Source: Spirochaetia bacterium (GTDB lineage: Bacteria; Spirochaetota; Spirochaetia; SZUA-6; Bin103). Taken from it: DNA of 64,000 bases. The notes below the pieces were generated by a model that was not told the origin of the DNA, did not search any database, and saw only the letters and a program-made list of their open reading frames with translations. Below are positions 49,349 through 58,365 of the stretch, piece after piece. The stretch is taken from NCBI GenBank assembly GCA_965208575.1, contig CBDBOV010000006.1, positions 256,001 through 320,000 of the forward strand. Reading direction: 5' to 3'. Made by a program: the position numbers and the translations under genes. Numbering within the stretch: position 1 is the stretch's first letter; every line of letters begins with the position of its first letter.

Positions 49349-50571
49349 CCCACGGTACGGTTGACGGTGGCCGGCGCCGACCGGGCCAGGGCGAACGCCT
49401 CCTCGCGCTGGCTGTCGCGCAACGCGAACGAGCTCTGCATGAAGGTATGCTCGTCGCAGCGCAGGTTGTTGACCGTGAAGCCGCGCCGGTTCAGGTCGCG
49501 ATGCAGATCGCAGTCGAAGCGCACCAGGAACGAGTGCCGCCGCGGGTAGAGCTGCTCGGCGTCCGGGATGTCGGTCAGGTGCGACAGTCCCCAGGAGATG
49601 CCGCGGCCGTCGCCGTCGTCCGCGAACGCGTCGGGACAGAACGGGCCGCCCGCGATGGGCGGCATCTGCACGTGCGCCTTCACCTCGAAGTTGAGCCCGT
49701 CCGGCGCGTACTGGACGGTGTCCTTCTCCGGGCCGTCCATCGCCACCAGCCCCGCCACGCCGCCGCGGTAAGGCCAGTACATGGTCTCGTGGCCGGAGTT
49801 GACCACCGGGTTCAGGGGCGACTTCACGAACGGACCCTCCGGCCGGTCGGCGATCGCCACCCCGCCGGCGCGCAGGATGGTCCTGCCCGGTTCCTGGTCC
49901 AGCGGCGCGCCCTTGTAGTACAGCCAGTACTTGCCACGGTACACGATCACGAACGGGTCGTGGATGGAGCGGCTGTCCCATTCGTCCGGCGCGCCAAGCT
50001 CCACCACCGGCCGGTCCACGCGCTGCCATGGACCGTCGGGCGAATCGGCCCACGCCATGCTCACGTCGCAGTAGTCGCCGCGTGCGCGCCGGAACGGGCC
50101 GGTGAACGTCTGGAAGTAGAGGTAGTACCTGCCGTTCGCGGCCACGATGTCGCAGGTGGTCGCCGAGCGGTCGCCGTACTCGCCCGGAGCCGTGCGCGCC
50201 ACCGCGACGCCGCGCTCCTGCCAGTCGAAGCCGTCCGTGCTGGTGGCGTACCACAGGTCGGCCAAGTCCCAGTCCACTGCCGGCAGGTGGTCGGGCCCGT
50301 TTTCGATGCCCAGCGGCTCCGACTCGGTCTCGCGCCGCGTGTACCACACGTAGAACAGGTCGCCCACCTTGATCACCGACGAGGGGTCGCGGCGCGACAC
50401 CTTGGCGTCGCGGCCGATCCCGGTGATGCGCGCGTAGCGGAAGCTGGTGAAGAACTCGTTGCCGGGATCCTGCAGCGGGCTCCACTGGTCGTACAGCCGG
50501 TGCATCGCCGCGGACAGCGGCCGGTCGGTCGGTTTTTCGTGCGGGGGAATCGCAGGGAACGCTGCCACCAC
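49345..50571 (-). CDS. GH117-family glycoside hydrolase (alpha-3,6-anhydro-L-galactosidase-like)
   Basis: LSAAMHR, SRRDPSSVIK, DWDLADLWYATS, HDP, LYYKG, NPVVNSGHET, EKDTVQYAPDG, RFDCDL. Confidence 0.88.
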   Translation of the reverse strand: MVAAFPAIPPHEKPTDRPLSAAMHRLYDQWSPLQDPGNEFFTSFRYARITGIGRDAKVSRRDPSSVIKVGDLFYVWYTRRETESEPLGIENGPDHLPAVDWDLADLWYATSTDGFDWQERGVAVARTAPGEYGDRSATTCDIVAANGRYYLYFQTFTGPFRRARGDYCDVSMAWADSPDGPWQRVDRPVVELGAPDEWDSRSIHDPFVIVYRGKYWLYYKGAPLDQEPGRTILRAGGVAIADRPEGPFVKSPLNPVVNSGHETMYWPYRGGVAGLVAMDGPEKDTVQYAPDGLNFEVKAHVQMPPIAGGPFCPDAFADDGDGRGISWGLSHLTDIPDAEQLYPRRHSFLVRFDCDLHRDLNRRGFTVNNLRCDEHTFMQSSFALRDSQREEAFALARSAPATVNRTVG

Positions 50572-50596
50572 GCCCTCCTTGAGTGGACTGCGGCAA

Positions 50597-50678
50597 GTGT
50601 ACGGACTCCGTCACGTTCGTCAAGGTGTCAACTGTCAACAATCAACGCGTTGACCCCTGGACGTTCGGACCCTATCCT
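50597..50678. promoter_or_regulatory. Divergent sigma70 promoters with a GATTGTTGACA operator copy
   Basis: Plus strand TTGACC-17-TATCCT (50650-50678); minus strand TTGACG-16-TACACT; TGTCAACAATC at about 50633-50643. Confidence 0.6.
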
Positions 50679-50697
50679 GCCCGGCGAGGAGTTGCAC

Positions 50698-50850
50698 GTG
50701 GGTACAGTGATCATCACGGGTGCATCGCGCGGTATCGGACCGGGACTCACGGTGGAGGAGTCGACCGCCAAGATCGTCAAACCGGTCGCCGAGCACGGCC
50801 CGGACGAGCCTTCCGCCATCAGCCACACCGGCGCCCGCCGCGACTGGTAG
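50698..50850 (+). pseudogene. Head-to-tail remnant of an SDR (CsgA-like) gene
   Basis: GAGGAG RBS and GTG start; MGTVIITGASRGIG fused to a C-terminus PGLTVEESTAKIV...HTGARRDW*. Confidence 0.7.
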
Positions 50851-50869
50851 CGCCACGCTACGTAATTCC

Positions 50870-53629
50870 ATGCGCCTCGTCGACGACCGCCCGCCGCTGC
50901 CGGAGGAACCGCCGCGCCGCAAGCCCGCTGGACAGCGGTTGAGCGCCGCCACCCACCGGCTCTACGACCAGTGGGGCCGGTACGGAGATTCCGCGAGCGA
51001 ATTCTATACCACGTTCCGCTATTCGCTGCTGCCCGGCCTCGGTCCGGAGCCGGGCGTAACGCGCCGCGACCCGACCGCGGTGGTGCACGCCGGCGGGTAC
51101 TTCCACGCGTGGTACACGCGGCGTGCCGGCGGCGACCGGGACGCCGGCAACCAGGTGCGCAAGGGGCGCACGCAGCGCTGGGACGTTGCCGCCTACGACT
51201 GGGATCTGGCGGAAATCTGGCACGCCACCTCGCCGGACGGGATCACCTGGTGCGAGCAGGGCCGGGCGGTGGCGCGCGGACCGCGCGACGCGTTCGACGG
51301 GCGCAGCGTGTTCACGCCCGGCATCCTGGTGTGGCGCGGCCGCTACTTCCTGTACTACCAGGCGGTGGGACATCCCTACGGCACGCGTACCCGCAACGTG
51401 GTCGGCATGGCGTGGGCGGACGCGCCGGAAGGTCCCTGGCACCGCCACGGCGAGCCCGTGCTGACGCCCGGCACGCCCGGCGAGTGGCGCGGCGATGACG
51501 ACGGCAACGCGGTGACCCGCTACGGCGCCTGGGACAGCCACAAGGTGCATGACCCGCAACCGCTCGTGCGCGGCGGCAAGGTATGGCTCTACTACAAGGG
51601 CCAGCCGATGGGCTGGGGCACCGGCGGCGACGGCGGCATCGGCTGGGGCGTGGCGACCGCCGACCGTCCCGAGGGGCCGTTCGTGAAGTCGCCGCTCAAC
51701 CCGGTAACCAACAGCGGCCACGAGACGCTGCTGTTCCCCTACCGCGAGGGCGTTGCCGCGATCTGCAACCACGACGGGCCGGAGAAGGACACCGTGCAGT
51801 ACGCGCCCGACGGCCTCGACTTCGAGGTGAAGGCGCACGTGGTGCTGCCGCCGCCCGCCGGCGCGCCGTACGCGCCCGATCTGTTCGCGGACAACCGCGA
51901 CGGGCGCGGCATCACCTGGGGCCTCGCGCACCTGGCGCGGGAGGAGTTGAAGCGCGGCAACTCCTACCTGGTGCGCTTCGACTGCAACCTGTCGCGTGAC
52001 GTGGAGCGCCCCGGCTTCCGCCGCTCCAACCACCGCTTCCCGGAGTCGGTCTACTTCTCGCCCGACCTGCTGTTCTCCGGCGCGACTGCGCCCGAAGCGC
52101 GCCGAGCGCATACGGCGCGGCCCGGCCACCGGGGATCGGATGCCGGGGCCGGCGCCAAACCCGGCCGTTGCGAGCCCGACCGCGCCGGAACCGGCCTGAA
52201 CCCGCCCACCGCCCCGGTCACCGCGGGTGCGCACCGCTCCGGATCGTCCGCAGTGCCGGCTGCGGCAGCGGCCGCAGTACCGGCTGCGGCAGCGTCCGCA
52301 GTGCCGGCTGCGGCAGCGGCCGCGGGCGTTGCCGCCGGCACCGCCGAGGTTGCCGGCGGCACGGACCGCTCGCCGCCGGGCACACCACGGCCCGCGGTGG
52401 GGCATGACCCGCGCCCGGACCCACTGCCGCCCGCGGCTGCCGATGATCCGGACGCGGCCACGCGGGGCGTCCCGGTGAGCGCCGCGACCCGCCGGGTGCG
52501 CGAGGTGTACGGCGCCGCCAAGGACCAGGGCAGCGAGTTCTTCTCCGCCTTCAAGTACGCGCCGGTAACCGGCGTCGGCAAACAGCACGGCGTGAGCCGG
52601 CGCGATCCGAGCAAGGTGATCCGGGTCGGCGGCACCTACTACGTGTGGTACACCCGCCGCCAGTCGGCGCCGCCGGCGGGCTTCGCCGGCGCCACCGATA
52701 CGGTACCGGTGTGGGACTGGGACTTGGGCGAGCTGTGGTACGCCACCAGCGCCGACGGTCACGCCTGGGAGGAGCGCGGCCGGGCGGTGGCGCGCGGCCC
52801 GCGCGGCGCGTTCGACGACCGCTCGGTGCTCACCCCGGACATCCCGGTCTGGGAGGGCCGCTACTACCTCTACTTCCAGGTGCTGCAGGGCCCCTACCGC
52901 GAGCGCTCCATCTACCAGGTCGGGATGGCGCACGCCGACTCTCCCGACGGGCCGTGGCAGCGCTGGCCGGAGCCGGTGCTGCGCCCCGGCGAGCCGGCGC
53001 CCGTGCTGGCCGCCGGCAGCGATGACCCCGACGCCGTAAACCGGTTCGGCGCCTGGGACAGCCACAAGCTGCACGATCCCTACCTGCTGGTGCGCGGCGG
53101 GCGCATCTGGCTCTACTACAAGGGCGTTCCGTTCGGCCGCCACTACCGCCACGACCTCGGCTGCCAGTGGGGTGTGGCGATCGCCGACCGCCCCGAGGGG
53201 CCGTTCGAGCGCAGCCCGCTCAATCCGGTGACCAACAGCGGTCACGAGACGTTCCTCTACCCCTACCGCGAGGGAGTGGTCGCCATCACCAGCCTGGAGG
53301 GCCCCGAAAAGAACACGGTGCAGTACGCCCCGGACGGGCTCAACTTCGAGGTGGTCGGCAAGGTGTCGGCGCCGCCGGTTGCGGCCGGTCCCCACGTACC
53401 CGATGCCTTCACCGACACCCGCGACGGCGAAGGCATCACCTGGGGGCTGGCACACCTCCACCACGGCCCTCACGGCACGCTGCCCAACAGCTACCTGGTT
53501 CGCTTCGAGTGCAACCTGAGCCGCCGCGTGCGCCGCCCCGGCTTCTTCCGGGCGTGGAATTTCCGCTTTCCCGCCGTTGCCTACCTGCCGGAGACGGCGG
53601 ACGATCCCCTGTTCACAACCGATTGTTGA
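50870..53629 (+). CDS. Tandem GH117-GH117 fusion protein with Ala/Pro-rich linker
   Basis: Two complete motif sets (RRDP, DWDL, WDSHKxHDP, NPVTNSGHET, EKxTVQYAPDG, YLVRFxCNL) in one ORF; ATG 50870. Confidence 0.85.
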   Translation: MRLVDDRPPLPEEPPRRKPAGQRLSAATHRLYDQWGRYGDSASEFYTTFRYSLLPGLGPEPGVTRRDPTAVVHAGGYFHAWYTRRAGGDRDAGNQVRKGRTQRWDVAAYDWDLAEIWHATSPDGITWCEQGRAVARGPRDAFDGRSVFTPGILVWRGRYFLYYQAVGHPYGTRTRNVVGMAWADAPEGPWHRHGEPVLTPGTPGEWRGDDDGNAVTRYGAWDSHKVHDPQPLVRGGKVWLYYKGQPMGWGTGGDGGIGWGVATADRPEGPFVKSPLNPVTNSGHETLLFPYREGVAAICNHDGPEKDTVQYAPDGLDFEVKAHVVLPPPAGAPYAPDLFADNRDGRGITWGLAHLAREELKRGNSYLVRFDCNLSRDVERPGFRRSNHRFPESVYFSPDLLFSGATAPEARRAHTARPGHRGSDAGAGAKPGRCEPDRAGTGLNPPTAPVTAGAHRSGSSAVPAAAAAAVPAAAASAVPAAAAAAGVAAGTAEVAGGTDRSPPGTPRPAVGHDPRPDPLPPAAADDPDAATRGVPVSAATRRVREVYGAAKDQGSEFFSAFKYAPVTGVGKQHGVSRRDPSKVIRVGGTYYVWYTRRQSAPPAGFAGATDTVPVWDWDLGELWYATSADGHAWEERGRAVARGPRGAFDDRSVLTPDIPVWEGRYYLYFQVLQGPYRERSIYQVGMAHADSPDGPWQRWPEPVLRPGEPAPVLAAGSDDPDAVNRFGAWDSHKLHDPYLLVRGGRIWLYYKGVPFGRHYRHDLGCQWGVAIADRPEGPFERSPLNPVTNSGHETFLYPYREGVVAITSLEGPEKNTVQYAPDGLNFEVVGKVSAPPVAAGPHVPDAFTDTRDGEGITWGLAHLHHGPHGTLPNSYLVRFECNLSRRVRRPGFFRAWNFRFPAVAYLPETADDPLFTTDC
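52245..52323. repeat. 24-bp coding tandem repeat x3 (AVPAAAAA) in the GH117 linker
   Basis: CAGT(G/A)CCGGCTGCGGCAGCG(G/T)CCG occurs three times from 52251. Confidence 0.85.
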
Positions 53630-53678
53630 CAATGTCTACAGCCGATTGTTGACAATCCAGCGCGGGCCCGGCTATAGT
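53615..53678 (+). promoter_or_regulatory. sigma70 promoter overlapped by a duplicated ATTGTTGACAAT operator
   Basis: CCGATTGTTGACAAT occurs twice about 23 bp apart; TTGACA(53649)-18-TATAGT(53673). Confidence 0.7.
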
Positions 53679-53704
53679 CGTCTCGTCCTTGAGGCTCATT
53701 CGCG

Positions 53705-54703
53705 TTGAGTGCCTACATCATCCGCCGGCTCTGGTCCATGATCCCGACGCTGCTCATTACCACGGTCGTGGTGTTTCTCCTGATCCGCCTGATGCCGGGA
53801 GACGTGATCGACACCATCATCGAGGATCTGCAGAACCGAGGCACCAGCGAGGCCGCCATCGCCGCCACCCGGGCATTCATCGCGGAGGAACTGGGTCTCG
53901 ATGTTCCCGGCCCGATCCAGTACGGCCGCTGGCTCGGCATCCTGCCGCAACCCGACGGCAGGATCAGCGGCATCCTGCAGGGCGACTTCGGCCTCTCGCT
54001 GTGGTCCAAGAAGCCGGTTCTGTCGCGCATTGCGCCGCGCTGGCCGGTCACCCTGGAACTGGGCCTGATGGCGCTGGTGGTCAGCCAGCTCATTTCGCTG
54101 CCGATCGGTGTCTACTCGGCCTTGCGCCAGGACACCATCGGCGACTACCTCGCGCGCAGCTTCGCGTTCGCCCTGATCGCGGTGCCCAACTTCTGGATCG
54201 CCACCCTGGTGGTGGTACTGCCGTCGATCTGGTGGGGCTACACGCCGCCGATCATGCTGATCCGCTTCAGTGAAGATCCGCTCGGCAACCTGCAGATGTT
54301 CATCCTGCCCGCCATCGTCCTGGGCATGGGCATGTCCGGCATGACGATGCGCATGACACGCACCATGATGCTGGAGGTGCTGCGCCAGGACTACATCAGG
54401 ACGGCGTGGTCCAAGGGCCTGCGCGAGCGGCTCATCGTGGTGCGCCACGCGCTCAAGAACGCGTTCATTCCGGTCATAACCCAGATTGGCCTGTTGTTGC
54501 CGCTGCTGATCGGCGGCACGGTGATCATCGAGAACATATTCGGTCTGCCTGGCATGGGACAGCTCACTCTCGACGCCATCGCCAAGCGCGACTACGCGAC
54601 CGTGAGCGGGCTGATGCTGCTGGTAGCGGCCGGCATCATGGCGATCAACCTCGGCGTAGACCTGGTGTACGCCTGGCTGGACCCGAGGATCCACTACCGA
54701 TGA
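53705..54703 (+). CDS. Opp/Dpp-type ABC permease (DppB-like)
   Basis: YIIRRL, MPGD, DYIRTAWSKGL, WLDPRIHY. Confidence 0.92.
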   Translation: MSAYIIRRLWSMIPTLLITTVVVFLLIRLMPGDVIDTIIEDLQNRGTSEAAIAATRAFIAEELGLDVPGPIQYGRWLGILPQPDGRISGILQGDFGLSLWSKKPVLSRIAPRWPVTLELGLMALVVSQLISLPIGVYSALRQDTIGDYLARSFAFALIAVPNFWIATLVVVLPSIWWGYTPPIMLIRFSEDPLGNLQMFILPAIVLGMGMSGMTMRMTRTMMLEVLRQDYIRTAWSKGLRERLIVVRHALKNAFIPVITQIGLLLPLLIGGTVIIENIFGLPGMGQLTLDAIAKRDYATVSGLMLLVAAGIMAINLGVDLVYAWLDPRIHYR

Positions 54704-55701
54704 GCGGCACGCGCGATCGGCTCAACGTCGCCAACCTGGAGGTGCCGCGGACGCGGTCGCTGTGGGTCGACGCTGCGCGGCGCCTGTTCACCGAGAAGCC
54801 GCTGGGTGCGGTGGGCGCCGTGGTGACGGTCGCACTCCTGTTCACCGGGCTGTTCGCCGACCTGATCGCCCCCTACGGCTACAACGAAGTGTTCCCGCAG
54901 CTCGCCAAGTCGCCGCCGTCGGCGCGGTTCTGGCTCGGCACCGACCATATCGGCCGCGACATGCTCAGCCGGGTGATCTACGGCGCCCGCATCTCCATGA
55001 TCGTCGGACTGGCCGCTTCGGTAGTGTCGTCGATCGTGGAACTGGTGCTGGGGATGTCGAGCGGTTACCTCGGGCGCAAGTTCGACATGATCCTGCAGCG
55101 CTTCGTGGACGCCGTCATGGGCTTTCCCGGCATCGTCCTGCTGGTGGTGGTGATGTCCCTGGTCGGCCCCGGCATGGCCACGATCATCATCGTGCTGGGG
55201 CTGCGCTGGGGCATCAACGGATCGCGCATCATCCGCGGCGCCGTGCTGTCGATCAAAAGCAACGCCTACGTCGACGCTGCCATCGCCACTGGATGCCGCA
55301 CCACGCAGGTGCTGGTGCGCCACATACTGCCGCACATCGTGGCTCCCTTGATCATCAACTTCAGCACGCGGGTGCCGGGCATCATCCTTACCGAGGCGAG
55401 CCTGAGCTTCCTCGGCTACGGCGTGCCGCCGCCGGCACCGAGCTGGGGCGGCATGCTGAGCGGTCCGGGCCGGGAACACATGCTCACCGCTCCATGGATC
55501 GCGATCTGGCCGGGCGTCGCGCTGAGCGTCGTCGTGTACGGCGTGAACATGCTCGGCGATGCCGTGCGCGACATCCTCGACCCGCGCCTGCGCGGCGGCA
55601 GCGGCCGGTACGGCGTGCGCGCGCGACGGACGCGGCACCTCACGAACAAGACTGATGGAACGCGAGCGCGTACTGTCGCGGCATCGGCGGCGGGCGACTG
55701 A
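54700..55701 (+). CDS. Opp/Dpp-type ABC permease (DppC-like)
   Basis: LGTDHIGRDMLSR, EASLSFLGYG.PPP.PSWG; ATGA overlap with the upstream gene. Confidence 0.92.
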   Translation: MSGTRDRLNVANLEVPRTRSLWVDAARRLFTEKPLGAVGAVVTVALLFTGLFADLIAPYGYNEVFPQLAKSPPSARFWLGTDHIGRDMLSRVIYGARISMIVGLAASVVSSIVELVLGMSSGYLGRKFDMILQRFVDAVMGFPGIVLLVVVMSLVGPGMATIIIVLGLRWGINGSRIIRGAVLSIKSNAYVDAAIATGCRTTQVLVRHILPHIVAPLIINFSTRVPGIILTEASLSFLGYGVPPPAPSWGGMLSGPGREHMLTAPWIAIWPGVALSVVVYGVNMLGDAVRDILDPRLRGGSGRYGVRARRTRHLTNKTDGTRARTVAASAAGD

Positions 55702-55786
55702 CATGAGAATGATGCGAGAGGTCCACGAGGGGTGGACCACCCGAACAACCCAATCGCGAGCGAGAGGCTCGACGAAGGAGGACAAC

Positions 55787-57526
55787 ATGCAGAGTTTCGT
55801 ACCGGCGGCTGCCAGGAAGTGGCTGCTGTACGTCATCGTGGCGCTGGCGAGCGTGCCGGCGTTCGCCACCGGCGAGGAAGAAGCTGCCTCGGCAGCGGGC
55901 GACGGACCGCAGCACGGCGGCACCCTGACCGCCTTCCGGTCCGACCTGGAGCCGGTGCAGGCGGACCAGACGTCGACCGTAGGCAGGGCGCCGGCACTGG
56001 TCTACAGCGGTCCGATCATGGACTACCTGTTGATGACCGACTACCAGACCTGCGGGCCGCGCGGGTCGGGCGTCTTTCCGAGCACCTATCCGGGCATCTA
56101 CCTGACGCCCGAGCAGTGCTGGACCGGTGCGCTGGCGGAGAGTTGGGAGGTGCACGAGGACAAGATCGTGTTCCACCTGCGCCAGGGCGTGATGTGGCAG
56201 GGCAACGACAACATCGGCTTCGAACCGCGCGAACTGGTCGCCGAGGACGTGGCGTTCGCACTCGCGCGCGCCTGGAACTCGCGCCCCACGGCCTGGACCT
56301 GGGACGGCGGCGCCATCGACAACATCGTCGCCCAGGACAAGTACACCGTGGTGGTCGAACTCAGCCGCTTCGACCTGGAGTGGGTGGTGTGGACCGCCGC
56401 CAACCCCAACGCCATCTACGCCCCGGAGGTGGTAGAGGCCGGCGCCGGCGAGTGGGAGAACCAGGCGGGCACCGGCCCGTTCCGGTTCGCGGAGTACGTG
56501 GAAGGGTCGTTCATGCGCTACCAGCCGCACGACAACTACTGGGCCAGTCCGACGGTCATCGACGGCGTGGAGTACGACACGCCGTTCGTCGACGAGCTGA
56601 TCTACGTGATCATCAAGGATCATTCCACCCGCGTCGCCGCGCTGCGTACCGCCAAGCTGGATGTCTACTACTGGATGCCGGTGCGGGAAGAGGAGTCGCT
56701 CGCGCAAACCGCGCCCGACCTGGAGAAGTTCCGCTACCTCAGCTCCGGCACCCACGCGCTCGGCTTGCGCAGCGACGTCGAGCCGCTCAGCAACCAGCGC
56801 CTGCGGCACGCGCTGTCGATGGCACTGGATTCCAGGCAGATCGCCGACACCGTGCTGCTGGAAGCGCAGACCGAGGGCATCTTCCCCATGATCGAAGGCT
56901 ATCCGGGCCACATTCCGCCCGACCAGCTCGATCCGGAGATCCGCGCCGTCTACGAGTACCACCCCGATCGCGCCAAGGAGATTCTGGCCGAAGAGGGCTA
57001 CCCGGACGGGTTCAAGCTGAACACCATCGTGCGCGCCGCTGACTCCACCAGCGTCGCCATACTGGAACTGGCCAAGAGCTACTGGGAGGCGATCGGGGTC
57101 GACCTGGAGATCAACGCGCTGGAGCAGCTCGCCTACCAGACCGAGCGCCGCGAGAGGAACTACCACGTGATCCGCTCCCACCTGCAGAACCAGCGCGAGG
57201 TCGGCGCGTTCAACAAGCACTCGATCAACTTCGCGGGGGGCTGGAACGACGCCATCTGGACCGACCCGACCTACTACGACCCGCTGTTCGTGGAAACCAG
57301 CGCCACCCTGGACCTGGAGGAGCGTAACAAGATGTGGGCGCAACTGGCGCAGATCGTGGTCGAGGCAACCGCCTACGTGCCGATCGGCATTCAATACGAG
57401 CTCACCTACTGGTGGCCGTGGGTCAAGAACTACTTCGGCGAGTCGTCGACGACGTTCCGGTCAAGCAGTATGGTAGAGGCCGGCATCTGGATCGACCAGA
57501 ACCTCAAGCAGGAGATGGGCTACTAG
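55787..57526 (+). CDS. ABC transporter substrate-binding protein, family 5
   Basis: AAGGAGG RBS; signal peptide ending AFA; LAESWE, LRQGVMW, GTGPF, AEEGYPDGF. Confidence 0.92.
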   Translation: MQSFVPAAARKWLLYVIVALASVPAFATGEEEAASAAGDGPQHGGTLTAFRSDLEPVQADQTSTVGRAPALVYSGPIMDYLLMTDYQTCGPRGSGVFPSTYPGIYLTPEQCWTGALAESWEVHEDKIVFHLRQGVMWQGNDNIGFEPRELVAEDVAFALARAWNSRPTAWTWDGGAIDNIVAQDKYTVVVELSRFDLEWVVWTAANPNAIYAPEVVEAGAGEWENQAGTGPFRFAEYVEGSFMRYQPHDNYWASPTVIDGVEYDTPFVDELIYVIIKDHSTRVAALRTAKLDVYYWMPVREEESLAQTAPDLEKFRYLSSGTHALGLRSDVEPLSNQRLRHALSMALDSRQIADTVLLEAQTEGIFPMIEGYPGHIPPDQLDPEIRAVYEYHPDRAKEILAEEGYPDGFKLNTIVRAADSTSVAILELAKSYWEAIGVDLEINALEQLAYQTERRERNYHVIRSHLQNQREVGAFNKHSINFAGGWNDAIWTDPTYYDPLFVETSATLDLEERNKMWAQLAQIVVEATAYVPIGIQYELTYWWPWVKNYFGESSTTFRSSSMVEAGIWIDQNLKQEMGY

Positions 57527-57725
57527 GAGGCTGTGCGGATTACGACAGGCTCCTGGTGATCGGACGGGATGGGCCAAAAGCGGCGCCACGGGCGGCGGTT
57601 TTGGGGCGCTAGCGACACTGCGTAACGGGCCGATCCGGATAATTCAGCATCAATCGCGGCGGTGGCGGAGGCGAGCTTCCGGCCGCCGCCGCATGGAGTG
57701 AAGCGCGATGCAACGAGGCTGGGCC

Positions 57726-58340
57726 ATGATCGTTCGACTGCGGCTGTTCGCGGGCGCGATGTCGGCGGTTATGTGCCTGGCGGCGTGCGGCGACCGGGAG
57801 TCAGACGGCGGCGCTGGCGCCTCCGGCGAGCCCGCGCCCGCTGCTGGCACCACCGAAGCGGCCCCGTCCACGGCGGCCGACGCCGCCGCCGGGTCGCCCG
57901 ACCATCCGCGGCTGGCGGTCGGGGAACCCTACTCCACCGATGCCTTCATGGTCACCGTGCTCGGTTCCACCATGATCACCAGCTACGACTACTTCGACAA
58001 GGGCACCGAGGCGACCGCCACCAAGGAGGCGGACCCCGAGGACGCGTTCCTGATCGTCGACATCGAATTCGAGTCGCTCGGCGCCTGGTCGCTGGGAACC
58101 AACGGCAACCAGCTTGCCCTGCGCGGCCAGTTCACGGTAACCGACGGTGCCGACAACCAGTACTCCTACGCCCCCTACTTCGGCGAGAAGGCGCTCGTCC
58201 TGGCGCCCCACCTGGACAAGGGTGAGACGGTGCGCGGCGAGATCATGTACGTGGTCCCGCAGGACGCCGGGGGACTGACCATCCGGTACATGGGCCGCGT
58301 GTTTCCGCGCCCCACCCTCGCCGAGTGGACGCTGGAGTAA
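57726..58340 (+). CDS. DUF4352-like lipoprotein
   Basis: Lipobox LAAC; FTVTDGADNQY, LDKGETVRGEIMYVVP. Confidence 0.7.
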   Translation: MIVRLRLFAGAMSAVMCLAACGDRESDGGAGASGEPAPAAGTTEAAPSTAADAAAGSPDHPRLAVGEPYSTDAFMVTVLGSTMITSYDYFDKGTEATATKEADPEDAFLIVDIEFESLGAWSLGTNGNQLALRGQFTVTDGADNQYSYAPYFGEKALVLAPHLDKGETVRGEIMYVVPQDAGGLTIRYMGRVFPRPTLAEWTLE

Positions 58341-58365
58341 TCACATCCCCACGGAGAAACAACCG

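Noticed and set aside
48728-50641. 637-aa GntR fusion; similar long N-terminal extensions on SIMPL, alaA and mtaB ORFs
   Set aside because: The extensions overlap neighbouring real genes in other frames; internal starts explain the true genes.
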